Source: a virus
Reading direction: 5' to 3' (one strand)
DNA length: 64,000 nucleotides
Virus record (IMG/VR): IMGVR_UViG_3300017760_000001
Location: 80,436-144,435 of that record
Position 1 is the first letter of the stretch. Each line of letters begins with the position of its first letter. The notes beneath the pieces are model-generated. The model was not told where the DNA came from and made no database searches. It worked only from the letters and a program-made list of their open reading frames with translations. The position numbers were made by a program, and so were the translations under genes. Below are positions 29,332 to 38,092 of the stretch, piece after piece.

Positions 29332-29712
29332 TTATTTATCTTTAGGTTTTTCATTAAACTTACCTTCATGTAGATCATTCAACCATTCATCAGTTTGATC
29401 AACATAACAAATAGCGCTCTCTAAAATGTTTAATTGTTTCTCATGAGTTTCACACTGTTCTTTAGTAAGTAGTTCATCAGCACTTTTAACATCTTTATTT
29501 TTCATATACCAATTCAAGTGGTTGACATAGAGTCCATGCAATACATCAGAACAAATAGCTTCATATATAATTTGATCATCAACTTCTGGAAAAGAAGTTG
29601 GATCAAGATTTTTAAAAGCATGTAAACCAGAAGATTTATTTTGTTTAACATCTTCTTCGGTTACTATTGGTTCGCCTTTACTGTCACCCTTGGTTGCTTT
29701 AGATTTTGCCAT
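29332..29712 (-). CDS. Hypothetical protein
   Basis: ORF with SD, in operon. Confidence 0.6.
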   Translation of the reverse strand: MAKSKATKGDSKGEPIVTEEDVKQNKSSGLHAFKNLDPTSFPEVDDQIIYEAICSDVLHGLYVNHLNWYMKNKDVKSADELLTKEQCETHEKQLNILESAICYVDQTDEWLNDLHEGKFNEKPKDK

Positions 29713-29713
29713 T

Positions 29714-29926
29714 TTAAATTTCCCCTATGCGAGTATTTTCAAGTACGTCACCAAAGTGTGCCTTCGCATAGTCTTCTGCATCACTCCAGTGTATTTCGGA
29801 CATGTCATCGAACTTCTCGACAGATGCCACTAATCTATCAACTTTCTTCTCATGCAACTTTGCGCTTTGGATTTTCTCCGCAGCTGCTTTGATCATCGCA
29901 TAACGTTGAACTTTATTTATTGCCAT
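29714..29926 (-). CDS. Hypothetical protein
   Basis: Start moved to MAINKVQRY (SD GGAG). Confidence 0.6.
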   Translation of the reverse strand: MAINKVQRYAMIKAAAEKIQSAKLHEKKVDRLVASVEKFDDMSEIHWSDAEDYAKAHFGDVLENTRIGEI

Positions 29927-29927
29927 T

Positions 29928-30341
29928 CTAAATCTCCAATTCATCAAATGGGAAACAATCAAGAAATAGATCACGTTCTAGTTTATACGCCTCTATCTCC
30001 CACGGTTGATCTTTATATTTAAACTCAGATGCGTTGTTACCTTTCCATGCGAAACCACCTTCACACGTCAACTCTCCACGTAGGAACTGTCGAGCATGAA
30101 CCATCTCATGTGCAAGTGCCTGCATCTGTCTCATAAAACTTTTATCTTTGGTTCCGATACTTACAAACACTTCAGTGTCATCACCAATACAAAGTCCGTC
30201 AGCCTCATCATCAAGTACAGACTTGAACTTGACATTGACTAGTCGAGCAGTAAATCGATGGATCTTCAAAGCGACCATCAGATTATTCACATACTGATCA
30301 ACGATTTTTTTCTTTGCGTGACGACCTTCAATAAAATACAT
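29928..30341 (-). CDS. HEXXH zincin-like metallopeptidase
   Basis: LAHEMVHARQ...QPWEIEAY. Confidence 0.75.
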   Translation of the reverse strand: MYFIEGRHAKKKIVDQYVNNLMVALKIHRFTARLVNVKFKSVLDDEADGLCIGDDTEVFVSIGTKDKSFMRQMQALAHEMVHARQFLRGELTCEGGFAWKGNNASEFKYKDQPWEIEAYKLERDLFLDCFPFDELEI

Positions 30342-30366
30342 GTACTATCCTCATTAACAGAATGTC

Positions 30367-30395
30367 ATTATAGAACATCTGTCAACATTTGTCAA
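30367..30395 (-). promoter_or_regulatory. Early sigma70-like promoter TTGACA-N17-TATAAT
   Basis: Perfect hexamers with 17-bp spacer. Confidence 0.85.
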
Positions 30396-30398
30396 GCG

Positions 30399-30692
30399 TT
30401 ATCTGCCAATATCTTCAACATTTTTTCTACTGATTACTTGATACGCACCTTTGTTATATGCAGGGGCGATAGTATAACCAGAAGATATATCGATACGTTC
30501 TTCTCTAGAAAGTGTTTCATTAGATTTACTTTGTACAGTATCAGAGGCGCTCGGATAGTCCTGTGTGTCTCGCCTGAATGATGCCTCAGGTGTGTACGGT
30601 TTGAACTCAGACTTATGGGTCTTAGACTTGCCCCATGCGTTATACGACTTCTTACGCCCGTTCGGGTAGTGTCTCATACTGCCGTGAATCAT
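30399..30692 (-). CDS. Conserved hypothetical phage protein
   Basis: C-terminal YTIAPAYNKGAYQVI motif. Confidence 0.65.
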   Translation of the reverse strand: MIHGSMRHYPNGRKKSYNAWGKSKTHKSEFKPYTPEASFRRDTQDYPSASDTVQSKSNETLSREERIDISSGYTIAPAYNKGAYQVISRKNVEDIGR

Positions 30693-30810
30693 CTAGATAT
30701 TCTCCAGTCTTCTTGGACTCTTTCTTCTTGTCCGTGTGAGTATCAGGTTTGTGGTACTTATCCATATTTCTTTTAACAGGGTTCTTACGATACTGTGTTT
30801 TGTTTTTCAT
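30652..30810 (-). CDS. Small basic hypothetical protein
   Basis: MKNKTQYRKNPVKRNMDKYHKP...; TAATG-coupled to upstream ORF. Confidence 0.55.
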   Translation of the reverse strand: MKNKTQYRKNPVKRNMDKYHKPDTHTDKKKESKKTGEYLDDSRQYETLPERA

Positions 30811-30953
30811 TAGTGACAATGACCATTCAAGTGATAACCGACCAATGCTCCTAAAGCAAAGATCATCCAATCCATAACGAAATGGAAAGAGAAGGCCAAA
30901 AGCAGAATCTCTTTCCAATGTTTGGAACAAACTTCCCTATATTTTTTAAACAT
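30810..30953 (-). CDS. Small membrane protein (47 aa)
   Basis: MFKKYREVCSKHWKEILLLAFSFHFVMDWMIFALGALVGYHLNGHCH. Confidence 0.55.
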   Translation of the reverse strand: MFKKYREVCSKHWKEILLLAFSFHFVMDWMIFALGALVGYHLNGHCH

Positions 30954-30970
30954 CCGATGTATCGATCATG

Positions 30971-30999
30971 ATTATATCATACTCACCCGAAGATGTCAA
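30971..30999 (-). promoter_or_regulatory. sigma70-like promoter TTGACA-N17-TATAAT
   Basis: Perfect hexamers upstream of 30953. Confidence 0.7.
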
Positions 31000-31072
31000 C
31001 CTTTCCATCTCGGACAAGGCAACACGCAAATCTTCATGAACGGAAATCACATTACTATCAGCATCGACTAAC

Positions 31073-31222
31073 CTAATCATCTAGTTTGTTACCATAGTAA
31101 TCGTGAGTACCAGCTTCGTGATTCTTACGTCTTTCTTTAGCTTCGTGAACTGCAGCTATGGAACCCATAACTCCAAAGAAAACCAACCAACAAGCAATAA
31201 AAACAACTATAAACTCTACCAT
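31073..31222 (-). CDS. Small membrane protein (49 aa)
   Basis: MVEFIVVFIACWLVFFGVMGSIAAVHEAKERRKNHEAGTHDYYGNKLDD; TAATG-coupled. Confidence 0.55.
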   Translation of the reverse strand: MVEFIVVFIACWLVFFGVMGSIAAVHEAKERRKNHEAGTHDYYGNKLDD

Positions 31223-31635
31223 TACGCAACCTCCTTATGTGATACGTGGTATTCTGAACGATCGCCTTTCGGCATCATGACGAACGACTCCTTACTACCC
31301 TCTCTGAGGGGTAACTCCCTCTCAGCAACAAAGTTGCCATAGAAGTTACGAGTGATGAAGTATGGAGACTCCCACGACTCCCACGGAGTCTCGTCACGGT
31401 CTACAATAGACCAGTCAAGAATAAACTCTTGATAAGACTCGTTACTATCCTCAATCAGAGGACGAAGGGCCTCGACAAGATCCTTCGCATCATCTTGCGA
31501 GTGATCGAAGTCAAGAACGTAGGTGTTACCACCTTTGTTCTTCCAACGTTGTGGACATTCACCCTGTCCGTCCCAATCATGGGCGCCATAGTTTTCACGA
31601 CACTGGGTCTCGATTACTAAACGAAGTCTTGCCAT
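31222..31635 (-). CDS. Early hypothetical protein
   Basis: IETQCRENYGAHDWDGQGECPQRWKNKGG; start moved downstream of the promoter. Confidence 0.7.
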   Translation of the reverse strand: MARLRLVIETQCRENYGAHDWDGQGECPQRWKNKGGNTYVLDFDHSQDDAKDLVEALRPLIEDSNESYQEFILDWSIVDRDETPWESWESPYFITRNFYGNFVAERELPLREGSKESFVMMPKGDRSEYHVSHKEVA

Positions 31636-31668
31636 ATCAAATCTCTCTCTATCATCAATTAAGTAACT

Positions 31669-31697
31669 ATTATATGCCATTGGGCAACAATTGTCAA
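31669..31697 (-). promoter_or_regulatory. Early promoter with TGCCCA spacer box
   Basis: TTGACA-attgtTGCCCAatggca-TATAAT. Confidence 0.85.
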
Positions 31698-31879
31698 GCG
31701 TTTATTTTAATAAACTTTCTACGTGACTTAGACCATTGCTTCTTAGGTTTCTTGAACATGATCTCTTCAGTAGTGTTCCGTTTGATGTAACCAGCCAGTT
31801 GTCCAGCTGAGTTAACAATGTATGTGTGATTGGGAATGTTATGGTCACCCCAATCGGTGACCTCTTGTAAGTATTCCAT
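31694..31879 (-). CDS. Early hypothetical protein
   Basis: LQEVTDW..PNHTYI...WSKSRRKF. Confidence 0.65.
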   Translation of the reverse strand: MEYLQEVTDWGDHNIPNHTYIVNSAGQLAGYIKRNTTEEIMFKKPKKQWSKSRRKFIKINA

Positions 31880-32178
31880 TATGATCTCTTCTTACGTGGT
31901 TTGAAACCAAGGGTTTCCATTGCACCAACTGGAGTATCTTTTTCACTCAGTTCTTTGTACTGTTCAACAGTAGCATTCTTCACTAGGAAGTTAACCCACG
32001 ACTTCCAAGGTTTTGAACCGTACTTGAATCGTGCAATGAACGTGCGTTCTGGCATACCGTGCCAAGATGGGTGACAGTTCGGAGACACTTGCTCCATAGT
32101 ACGTGAACCTTCGAACGCACCTTGATACATCAGGTACATACCGTCCCAACTGAACTTCTCTTTATCAAATCTAGTCAT
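31879..32178 (-). CDS. Early hypothetical protein
   Basis: FDKEKFSWDGMYLMY...FIARFKYG; start moved downstream of the promoter. Confidence 0.7.
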   Translation of the reverse strand: MTRFDKEKFSWDGMYLMYQGAFEGSRTMEQVSPNCHPSWHGMPERTFIARFKYGSKPWKSWVNFLVKNATVEQYKELSEKDTPVGAMETLGFKPRKKRS

Positions 32179-32209
32179 AATCTTCTCTCTTCTCATTATC
32201 AATACAAGT

Positions 32210-32238
32210 ATTATACATGATGAAACATGTTTTGTCAA
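32210..32238 (-). promoter_or_regulatory. Early promoter TTGACA-N17-TATAAT
   Basis: Perfect hexamers; leader TACTTGTATTGAT shared with other early promoters. Confidence 0.85.
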
Positions 32239-32250
32239 CACTTATTTTCA

Positions 32251-32288
32251 TATAAATAAAGGGGTAATTTAGATAAAAGGTATAAATA
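32251..32288 (+). promoter_or_regulatory. Two tandem late promoters TATAAATA (32251, 32281)
   Basis: Exact matches upstream of 32294. Confidence 0.75.
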
Positions 32289-32293
32289 ACACT

Positions 32294-32557
32294 ATGAGTA
32301 ACGAACTATTCGATTTTGGGTTTACCCTAGTAGATGAGAACGAACTGGAGGTTGTGCAACAGGCGCAAGCAACAGTCACGTCTGCATCATCGTCCGTAGA
32401 AGAAACCCAAGCAAAACTAGACAATTTGTATAACGCAATTCAACCATTGTTAAACAATCTAAAGATGAACCCAGAGAAAGAATACATTCTGTGGCCTAAT
32501 CGTACCGAGAAGATTGAACAATTTGAAGATCACATTCAAGGTATCTACAAAGGTTAA
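32294..32557 (+). CDS. Conserved hypothetical late protein
   Basis: FDFGFTLVDENEL...PLLNNLKMNPEKEYILWPNR. Confidence 0.7.
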   Translation: MSNELFDFGFTLVDENELEVVQQAQATVTSASSSVEETQAKLDNLYNAIQPLLNNLKMNPEKEYILWPNRTEKIEQFEDHIQGIYKG

Positions 32558-32560
32558 TTC

Positions 32561-33415
32561 ATGCCAACAGAACACATAATAGTCAAGAATCGTATAACAT
32601 CTAATGAAATTAAAGAGATTGATCCTGATCTACTTGAATTTACGTACCTCTATCTGAATGGCAGAATTATCCGTCAGAGTGCCAGAACTGGTTATGATGT
32701 AACGTTCAAGGATGAGAGTGCAGAATGTAATCTTGTAAATGAGATGATAGATCTGTGTCCTGACTATTGTAATTTTTTATTGTCTCGTAGATACAAAAAT
32801 ATTTTGTTTATTACGCACATGGACATCCATGAAACAAAATGGTATAAAGACGGTCGCCCAAAACAAGATATTTCAGATGAAACACTAAAGTTTGGACACC
32901 CCCCCTCTAAAATTCCAAATAAAAATTATCCTGACTTGGATAAGATTATACACTTCATTCCAGTTTTTATGGAACACTGGGATTTTGAAACTTTTTATAA
33001 AGTTGACCGACCAATGCAACCAAGATATTCTGGGACATTACATGAAATTTATGACAGGTTTGATGTTAAAAGTGCATCATCTAGTTGTCAATATGAACAC
33101 GGCTCAAAAGATTGGAATTTAAGAAACCCCGAAGATTCTAAATATGATGCTGTGGTTTTTCTAAACATACCATCAAAAGATAACAAATCTTTTTCATTAG
33201 AAAACATTAAACCTGTATTTGATAACTACGTCAGTAGTAACTGTGAGTTTGTTGACATCTGGGACGGTGATAAGACTGGAAGATTTGAAGGCGATAAAAA
33301 ATTATCTATTAAAGGCAATGTGTCTGAGGCAATAGTTTTAAAACATGTGAGTGAAAATAAAGAATTGAGTGATCTGGATAATTTTTTAAATAATCACATT
33401 AGTGTCTACAAATAA
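32561..33415 (+). CDS. Hypothetical protein
   Basis: 284-aa ORF in a late + strand unit. Confidence 0.65.
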   Translation: MPTEHIIVKNRITSNEIKEIDPDLLEFTYLYLNGRIIRQSARTGYDVTFKDESAECNLVNEMIDLCPDYCNFLLSRRYKNILFITHMDIHETKWYKDGRPKQDISDETLKFGHPPSKIPNKNYPDLDKIIHFIPVFMEHWDFETFYKVDRPMQPRYSGTLHEIYDRFDVKSASSSCQYEHGSKDWNLRNPEDSKYDAVVFLNIPSKDNKSFSLENIKPVFDNYVSSNCEFVDIWDGDKTGRFEGDKKLSIKGNVSEAIVLKHVSENKELSDLDNFLNNHISVYK

Positions 33416-34288
33416 CTAACCCCAAGTAATATTTTTAGGAACGTATGAGGATATCTTTGCTTTGATATCCTTTTCCATTTTGGCGACTGGTGTTGGTGGT
33501 TTACCAGATCGTTTTGCGTAGAAGTACTGTGCATCTTTCAAGAACGAACCACCCTTTCCAGATACTTTAAGATCAGCATCGACACCGACCTTGTTGAATG
33601 CGAATACGATATCCCCATCCATATATCTCTTCAGAGTCTTACCCATGTTAACGATGTCCGCCATAGTCTGTGATGCACCACGGTGAGTGTTAACTAGGAT
33701 CTCTGCTGGTACTGTACGACTACGAGTAAGGTTCTGTGCCTTAGCGACTTCGATATCGTTCACTACCCATACGATGTGAATGTTCTTCTTGTCATAACCT
33801 ACGTCAGTCAACATACGAGTTAGATTGTTTAACTTCTGTAGATCTTTCAGAGTTGTATCAAAAACAAGATTGGGTTTACGATCAGGGGCGGCCGCAAGAA
33901 CACCACGCATCAATACTTTCTTTTGACGAGAGTCCAGAGAAAGAACATTGGCAATGATGTCGTGTAACTTACCAACGTTCTCTGGATTCTTTAGATCGGA
34001 TGCGATTTTTTCGATATCCATCCCAGTCTCCGCCTTGACTCGTTTGCGAATCAGTTTAGACTTTGAGGCGGCAGTCTTGAGTTCGTCAACATCTAAGACT
34101 TTACCCTCAAGACCAACTAGGTTAGATAGGACGAATCCTTTACCTGAACCAGCACCCCCTGCCATGATAACAACGTTACCAAATTTAGGGTAGGCTTTAC
34201 CTCCGAACGTAATGAGTTTCTCTAATAGAATCTCACTATACTGTTGGAGTTCTTGTTCTTCGGATAAGTGCTGGCTGAATGTTTTCAT
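33416..34288 (-). CDS. P-loop NTPase/kinase (AAA_33/zeta-toxin-like) with putative capsid-targeting leader
   Basis: Walker A MAGGAGSGKG, LVFDTT, R.R.VP lid; N-terminal MKTFSQHLSE. Confidence 0.75.
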   Translation of the reverse strand: MKTFSQHLSEEQELQQYSEILLEKLITFGGKAYPKFGNVVIMAGGAGSGKGFVLSNLVGLEGKVLDVDELKTAASKSKLIRKRVKAETGMDIEKIASDLKNPENVGKLHDIIANVLSLDSRQKKVLMRGVLAAAPDRKPNLVFDTTLKDLQKLNNLTRMLTDVGYDKKNIHIVWVVNDIEVAKAQNLTRSRTVPAEILVNTHRGASQTMADIVNMGKTLKRYMDGDIVFAFNKVGVDADLKVSGKGGSFLKDAQYFYAKRSGKPPTPVAKMEKDIKAKISSYVPKNITWG

Positions 34289-34294
34289 ATAAGT

Positions 34295-34302
34295 TATTTA
34301 TA
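34295..34302 (-). promoter_or_regulatory. Late promoter TATAAATA
   Basis: Exact match 6 nt upstream of the 34288 ATG. Confidence 0.75.
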
Positions 34303-34441
34303 CAAAAAAACATCCCAAGGCAAAGAGTAATAATAAAATAATTACATTTGGACGAAAGTCCCAAACTGCAACGAAATCGTCTGCGGTGTATCTGATAAAC
34401 TCAATTATATTTTCTTGTAATTTATTCCAAAGATCTTTCAC
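34298..34441 (-). CDS. Small membrane protein (47 aa, GTG start)
   Basis: MKDLWNKLQENIIEFIRYTADDFVAVWDFRPNVIILLLLFALGCFFV. Confidence 0.5.
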   Translation of the reverse strand: MKDLWNKLQENIIEFIRYTADDFVAVWDFRPNVIILLLLFALGCFFV

Positions 34442-34442
34442 T

Positions 34443-35057
34443 TCACATTTCCTTTTTTGATTTAACTATAACTTCAACGTTTTCTGGTAATTTTATCTTT
34501 GCTTTATCATGACTATGATACAAGTAGAACTTAACATTAGAGTATTCTTTAAACAACTCAGGCCATATAGGTCTCCAATTGTTTGCGATTCTGAATGTGT
34601 TGTTCTTAGATCGATCACTTTCAAGAATTAAATCTGTCGCACTTCTAAGATTCAAATCAAAGATAGAATCAAACCCATAGATGTGAACTTCAGTCGCTTT
34701 CATCTTACCACAAGCATAGTCAACTGCCATGTGACCACAACTGAAGTTCGTTGCATTGATTGCATACTCAGGGACTCTTTGCCAGAATCCCCGAATGTTC
34801 TGCGAGTATTTTAGGTAAAAGTTCGGTTGCATCTCCATCCACTTACGAGGACGAGTACCTAGAACCCAATCATACATGTCAAGTCTAAACTGACCTTCGG
34901 TCAATGCAGCCATCATCTTGAAGTCAACCATGCAAGATGCATGTACTTCGTTAGACGGTATCTCAAATGGTGGCATGTTACAAATTAGTAACTTACCATC
35001 AGTTCCTCTTTTATAGAGAAAACTGTGATCACCATTACCTAAAACATTTACTCTCAT
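34443..35057 (-). CDS. Rossmann-fold sialyltransferase/GT29-MptE-like protein
   Basis: VNVLGNG, ICN, FSCGHMAV, EVHIYGFD motifs. Confidence 0.55.
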   Translation of the reverse strand: MRVNVLGNGDHSFLYKRGTDGKLLICNMPPFEIPSNEVHASCMVDFKMMAALTEGQFRLDMYDWVLGTRPRKWMEMQPNFYLKYSQNIRGFWQRVPEYAINATNFSCGHMAVDYACGKMKATEVHIYGFDSIFDLNLRSATDLILESDRSKNNTFRIANNWRPIWPELFKEYSNVKFYLYHSHDKAKIKLPENVEVIVKSKKEM

Positions 35058-35174
35058 TTATTTTCCGAACCAATCATCAATCAAGTTTTTACCATAGTAC
35101 ATTATACCAATCCAGATCGAGAAAAGCAAGCCGTCAAAGTAAGATAATTCATTCCAAATAGATAAAGGTTCCAT
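35058..35174 (-). CDS. Small membrane protein (38 aa)
   Basis: MEPLSIWNELSYFDGLLFSIWIGIMYYGKNLIDDWFGK; fills the gap exactly. Confidence 0.5.
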   Translation of the reverse strand: MEPLSIWNELSYFDGLLFSIWIGIMYYGKNLIDDWFGK

Positions 35175-35539
35175 TATCGTTTACCACCGAAGTATTCTTT
35201 AGCGTGACCTTCATTGATCAACATTTGATTTACATTATAAGTACCGTGTTCTTTGTCTACCACGATCTCACCAAGGATACGACCATACTTACCTTTCGCA
35301 TCATATGTTTTAGTTACAAGAGTAATTACCGATCCAGCGGGCGCCATCTCGTTGACGTACGCTTTCGCTGCGAGTCCTCTCGCCTTTTCTTCAAGGTCTC
35401 TGGTACGAGATTCTGGAGTATTGACCCCATATAACCGAACACGTTGTTTAGTAAGGACAACATCAAAACCAAGATCAATGTTAACATCCACAGTGTCACC
35501 ATCCACCCAGCGATCAACCGTTGCTTTATATTCATACAT
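35174..35539 (-). CDS. Staphylococcal nuclease (thermonuclease)-like protein
   Basis: VDGDTVDVNIDLGF, RVRLYGVNTPESR, GKYGRILG. Confidence 0.9.
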   Translation of the reverse strand: MYEYKATVDRWVDGDTVDVNIDLGFDVVLTKQRVRLYGVNTPESRTRDLEEKARGLAAKAYVNEMAPAGSVITLVTKTYDAKGKYGRILGEIVVDKEHGTYNVNQMLINEGHAKEYFGGKR

Positions 35540-36197
35540 TCTTTATCTTCCTCTTTATAGTTTCTTTTCCCTTCTGCCCAGTATGATGAATCACACACGG
35601 TCTTTTAGAAGCGATGTTATCTATGTAGTCTAATCGTAACGTATTGTATTTGTTTGGTATACTACGTATGATAGACATTCTTTTTATTTCGTCTCCACCA
35701 ATCATGGCATAGAGTGTTTCTTGATCTCCTCGTATTGGTCTAAACGTACACTCTCTATCCCAATCTTTAAGTATGTTTGGACTACCTTCAAAGACAACCA
35801 CACCACTATTGTGCCAGATACCCATATCACCACGTCTATTAGTCCACGGTCTGTCTTCGACCATACCTAATTTATTTGGTTCTGTCCAGTTGAATACTGT
35901 TTCGATATCAGGACACACAACTTCACAATCGGTATCTAACCAACATACTTTATCGTAACCCATCTTAGATGCTTCCAACATTGCAGCTGGTTTCTTGAAC
36001 CAGTTCTCTGCCTTGGAGTTCAGATCGAAGTAATGTACATCATCGACATGTTGAAGAGAGTCCAACATGTCTTGAGACATACCAAAGTTAGCAACCAACA
36101 AAGTCGTGTCTGTGTGTTGACGTAGATTAGTAATAAACCAAGGTAGTTGCCACTCAGTCTTGTCATCACAACCTGTGAGGAATGTTTTAGATATCAA
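35532..36197 (-). CDS. GT-A fold glycosyltransferase (GT8/nucleotide-diphospho-sugar transferase-like)
   Basis: WFKKP, CWLDTDC (DxD), HNSGVV, GDQE, HHTG. Confidence 0.75.
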   Translation of the reverse strand: MISKTFLTGCDDKTEWQLPWFITNLRQHTDTTLLVANFGMSQDMLDSLQHVDDVHYFDLNSKAENWFKKPAAMLEASKMGYDKVCWLDTDCEVVCPDIETVFNWTEPNKLGMVEDRPWTNRRGDMGIWHNSGVVVFEGSPNILKDWDRECTFRPIRGDQETLYAMIGGDEIKRMSIIRSIPNKYNTLRLDYIDNIASKRPCVIHHTGQKGKETIKRKIKNV

Positions 36198-36828
36198 TGA
36201 CTTCTACCTTTTGGTGTTTTGCCTTTGTCCCAAGTTCTGCCTGAATAGTAGTAAACGATTCGTCTACTTTAGTTGTCCAAGGATAGTACTCTTGTAACCA
36301 AGGGAAATAATCTAGATTTAAAAATAAGTCTGTTGTTCTGGGAAATCCGTTCTTTGCTTCGTTCACAAGTTTCTTCGCACCTTTAGGTGTAACCATGTAC
36401 GCATGTGCGCCAGGGAAGTAACGTTTACTTGTGAGAGGATTTACACCAAACATACTCGGTGTATTGAATTTACCGTAAGACGGATGACCAATGTTCATTA
36501 CATACTTGAAAGGAACTGTAGGAACCTTGTCGTGTAGTACTGCATCGTGTTCGAATATTACGAACGTCTCGTTCATCTGAATACACTTCTTCCACAAACT
36601 GTAGTGAGAGAAGAATGCAGCTGCACAATTCATTGTACGACTATACTTCTCGTCAATGTCTCGGAAGTTTAATCCTTCGTTCTCAAAGAGTCTCATCGGA
36701 TTATCTTTGGGGGTGATCGCATCGAACATACGTATGGCACACCCGACTTTTTTACCAGACTCGATACACTTCTCTGCGGACTCAACAGATCTGGGATTAT
36801 CTTTAATTGTTATGACAAATGATTTCAT
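36187..36828 (-). CDS. Glycosyltransferase family 25-like
   Basis: FDAITP, FFSHYSLWKKC, VIFEHDA, GAHAYMVTPKGAKKL. Confidence 0.85.
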   Translation of the reverse strand: MKSFVITIKDNPRSVESAEKCIESGKKVGCAIRMFDAITPKDNPMRLFENEGLNFRDIDEKYSRTMNCAAAFFSHYSLWKKCIQMNETFVIFEHDAVLHDKVPTVPFKYVMNIGHPSYGKFNTPSMFGVNPLTSKRYFPGAHAYMVTPKGAKKLVNEAKNGFPRTTDLFLNLDYFPWLQEYYPWTTKVDESFTTIQAELGTKAKHQKVEVIDI

Positions 36829-37538
36829 GATGTAGTACTTGATTCCACTCCTTGGACTCTAGTGTAGTAAGGATATACGACACGAAGAGACAAAAAGTTA
36901 GCAGTACATAAGAATGCATCATTGGGCCACATACCGACTTCTTTAATCTTATTCAAGAACTCTTTTGCCATGTGTGGTTCTACCCAGTATGCGGAACCTC
37001 CTGCCATACCTTGTGCGATATTCGGTTCATCTAGTTCATTGACAAGAGGAACAAATTTGACAGAATCACTCTTAGAAACTTCTTTATGAAAGAGTTGCGC
37101 TCTCCGTGTTGCGCCACGAGGATCACATAGACCAACACAACTTAGACCCTTACGCATACCAGTAAACTTACGTGTGACTAATGCATCACTCTCAAAGATA
37201 ACTGCGGCCTGATCATTCATGATAATCTGTTCCCACGCTCTCATATGAGACACCGCACAAGCAATAACCTTTAACTGGTTCTGCGCTCGGTAAACGTGTT
37301 TGTAGATCCCTGTCTGAAGATCAATACCTTCTTCGTCAGGAGTCACAGGCCAGTTCCATCTCCAGTCTCTATGATCAAAACAGATCATATCCTTTAGATC
37401 TTGTTCCATCGTCTCTGGTGTAGATGCACGGAGTATCTCTGGTTTCAATTCACTTTCAGTGTCCTTGATACTCTTCAACAGACGTTTGACCGCATCCTGT
37501 TGTTGACCATCAACATTAATAATATAAGAATCACTCAC
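36825..37538 (-). CDS. Glycosyltransferase family 25-like
   Basis: IACAVSHMRAWE, VIFESDA, GGSAYWV, PNDA. Confidence 0.8.
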   Translation of the reverse strand: MSDSYIINVDGQQQDAVKRLLKSIKDTESELKPEILRASTPETMEQDLKDMICFDHRDWRWNWPVTPDEEGIDLQTGIYKHVYRAQNQLKVIACAVSHMRAWEQIIMNDQAAVIFESDALVTRKFTGMRKGLSCVGLCDPRGATRRAQLFHKEVSKSDSVKFVPLVNELDEPNIAQGMAGGSAYWVEPHMAKEFLNKIKEVGMWPNDAFLCTANFLSLRVVYPYYTRVQGVESSTTS

Positions 37539-38092
37539 CGTTTAATATACCATTGGTTATTTGCGAATTTATGTAGTTTGAGGTTGCGTTCCTTCACGAA
37601 CTGATCAACTGCACTCACTACGCCTGGTTTATTTGGATAGTCGTCCCCAAACATGGTTCCACCTTTTTTTATGATGTCCCAACAATGCACTAAATCATTG
37701 TAACACCCTTCATGATTATGTAGACCATCGACATATACCCAATCGAAATCCGTCTTGGTATTCCAATCAAAGAACTCTTGTGATGTCATTCTTTTAACCG
37801 TGATGCCTTTTTGTTTTCTAAACCGTTTACATACAAATGCATGTACATCGTCATAGTATGGTTCAAAATCTTCTATTTTATCTGCGCCTACAAGATCTTT
37901 ATATCTTTCAAATAATCGATTGGGATCTTCGTTACCTTTTATCGACCAAGGATCGACAGCAATGATTGTTTCTGCGTTCTTTATAAACTTTTCGGTCGTA
38001 TCACCTCTCCACACGCCTAACTCAACACCGTGACTTCCCTTTGGTATTTTTTTGGCGGTTTCGGTACTACCTTTATTAAATCCATACATCAT
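37535..38092 (-). CDS. Class I SAM-dependent methyltransferase (Methyltransf_24-like)
   Basis: GVELGVWRG, AVDPW, FDWVYVDGLH, KKGG.MFGDDY. Confidence 0.85.
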   Translation of the reverse strand: MMYGFNKGSTETAKKIPKGSHGVELGVWRGDTTEKFIKNAETIIAVDPWSIKGNEDPNRLFERYKDLVGADKIEDFEPYYDDVHAFVCKRFRKQKGITVKRMTSQEFFDWNTKTDFDWVYVDGLHNHEGCYNDLVHCWDIIKKGGTMFGDDYPNKPGVVSAVDQFVKERNLKLHKFANNQWYIKR

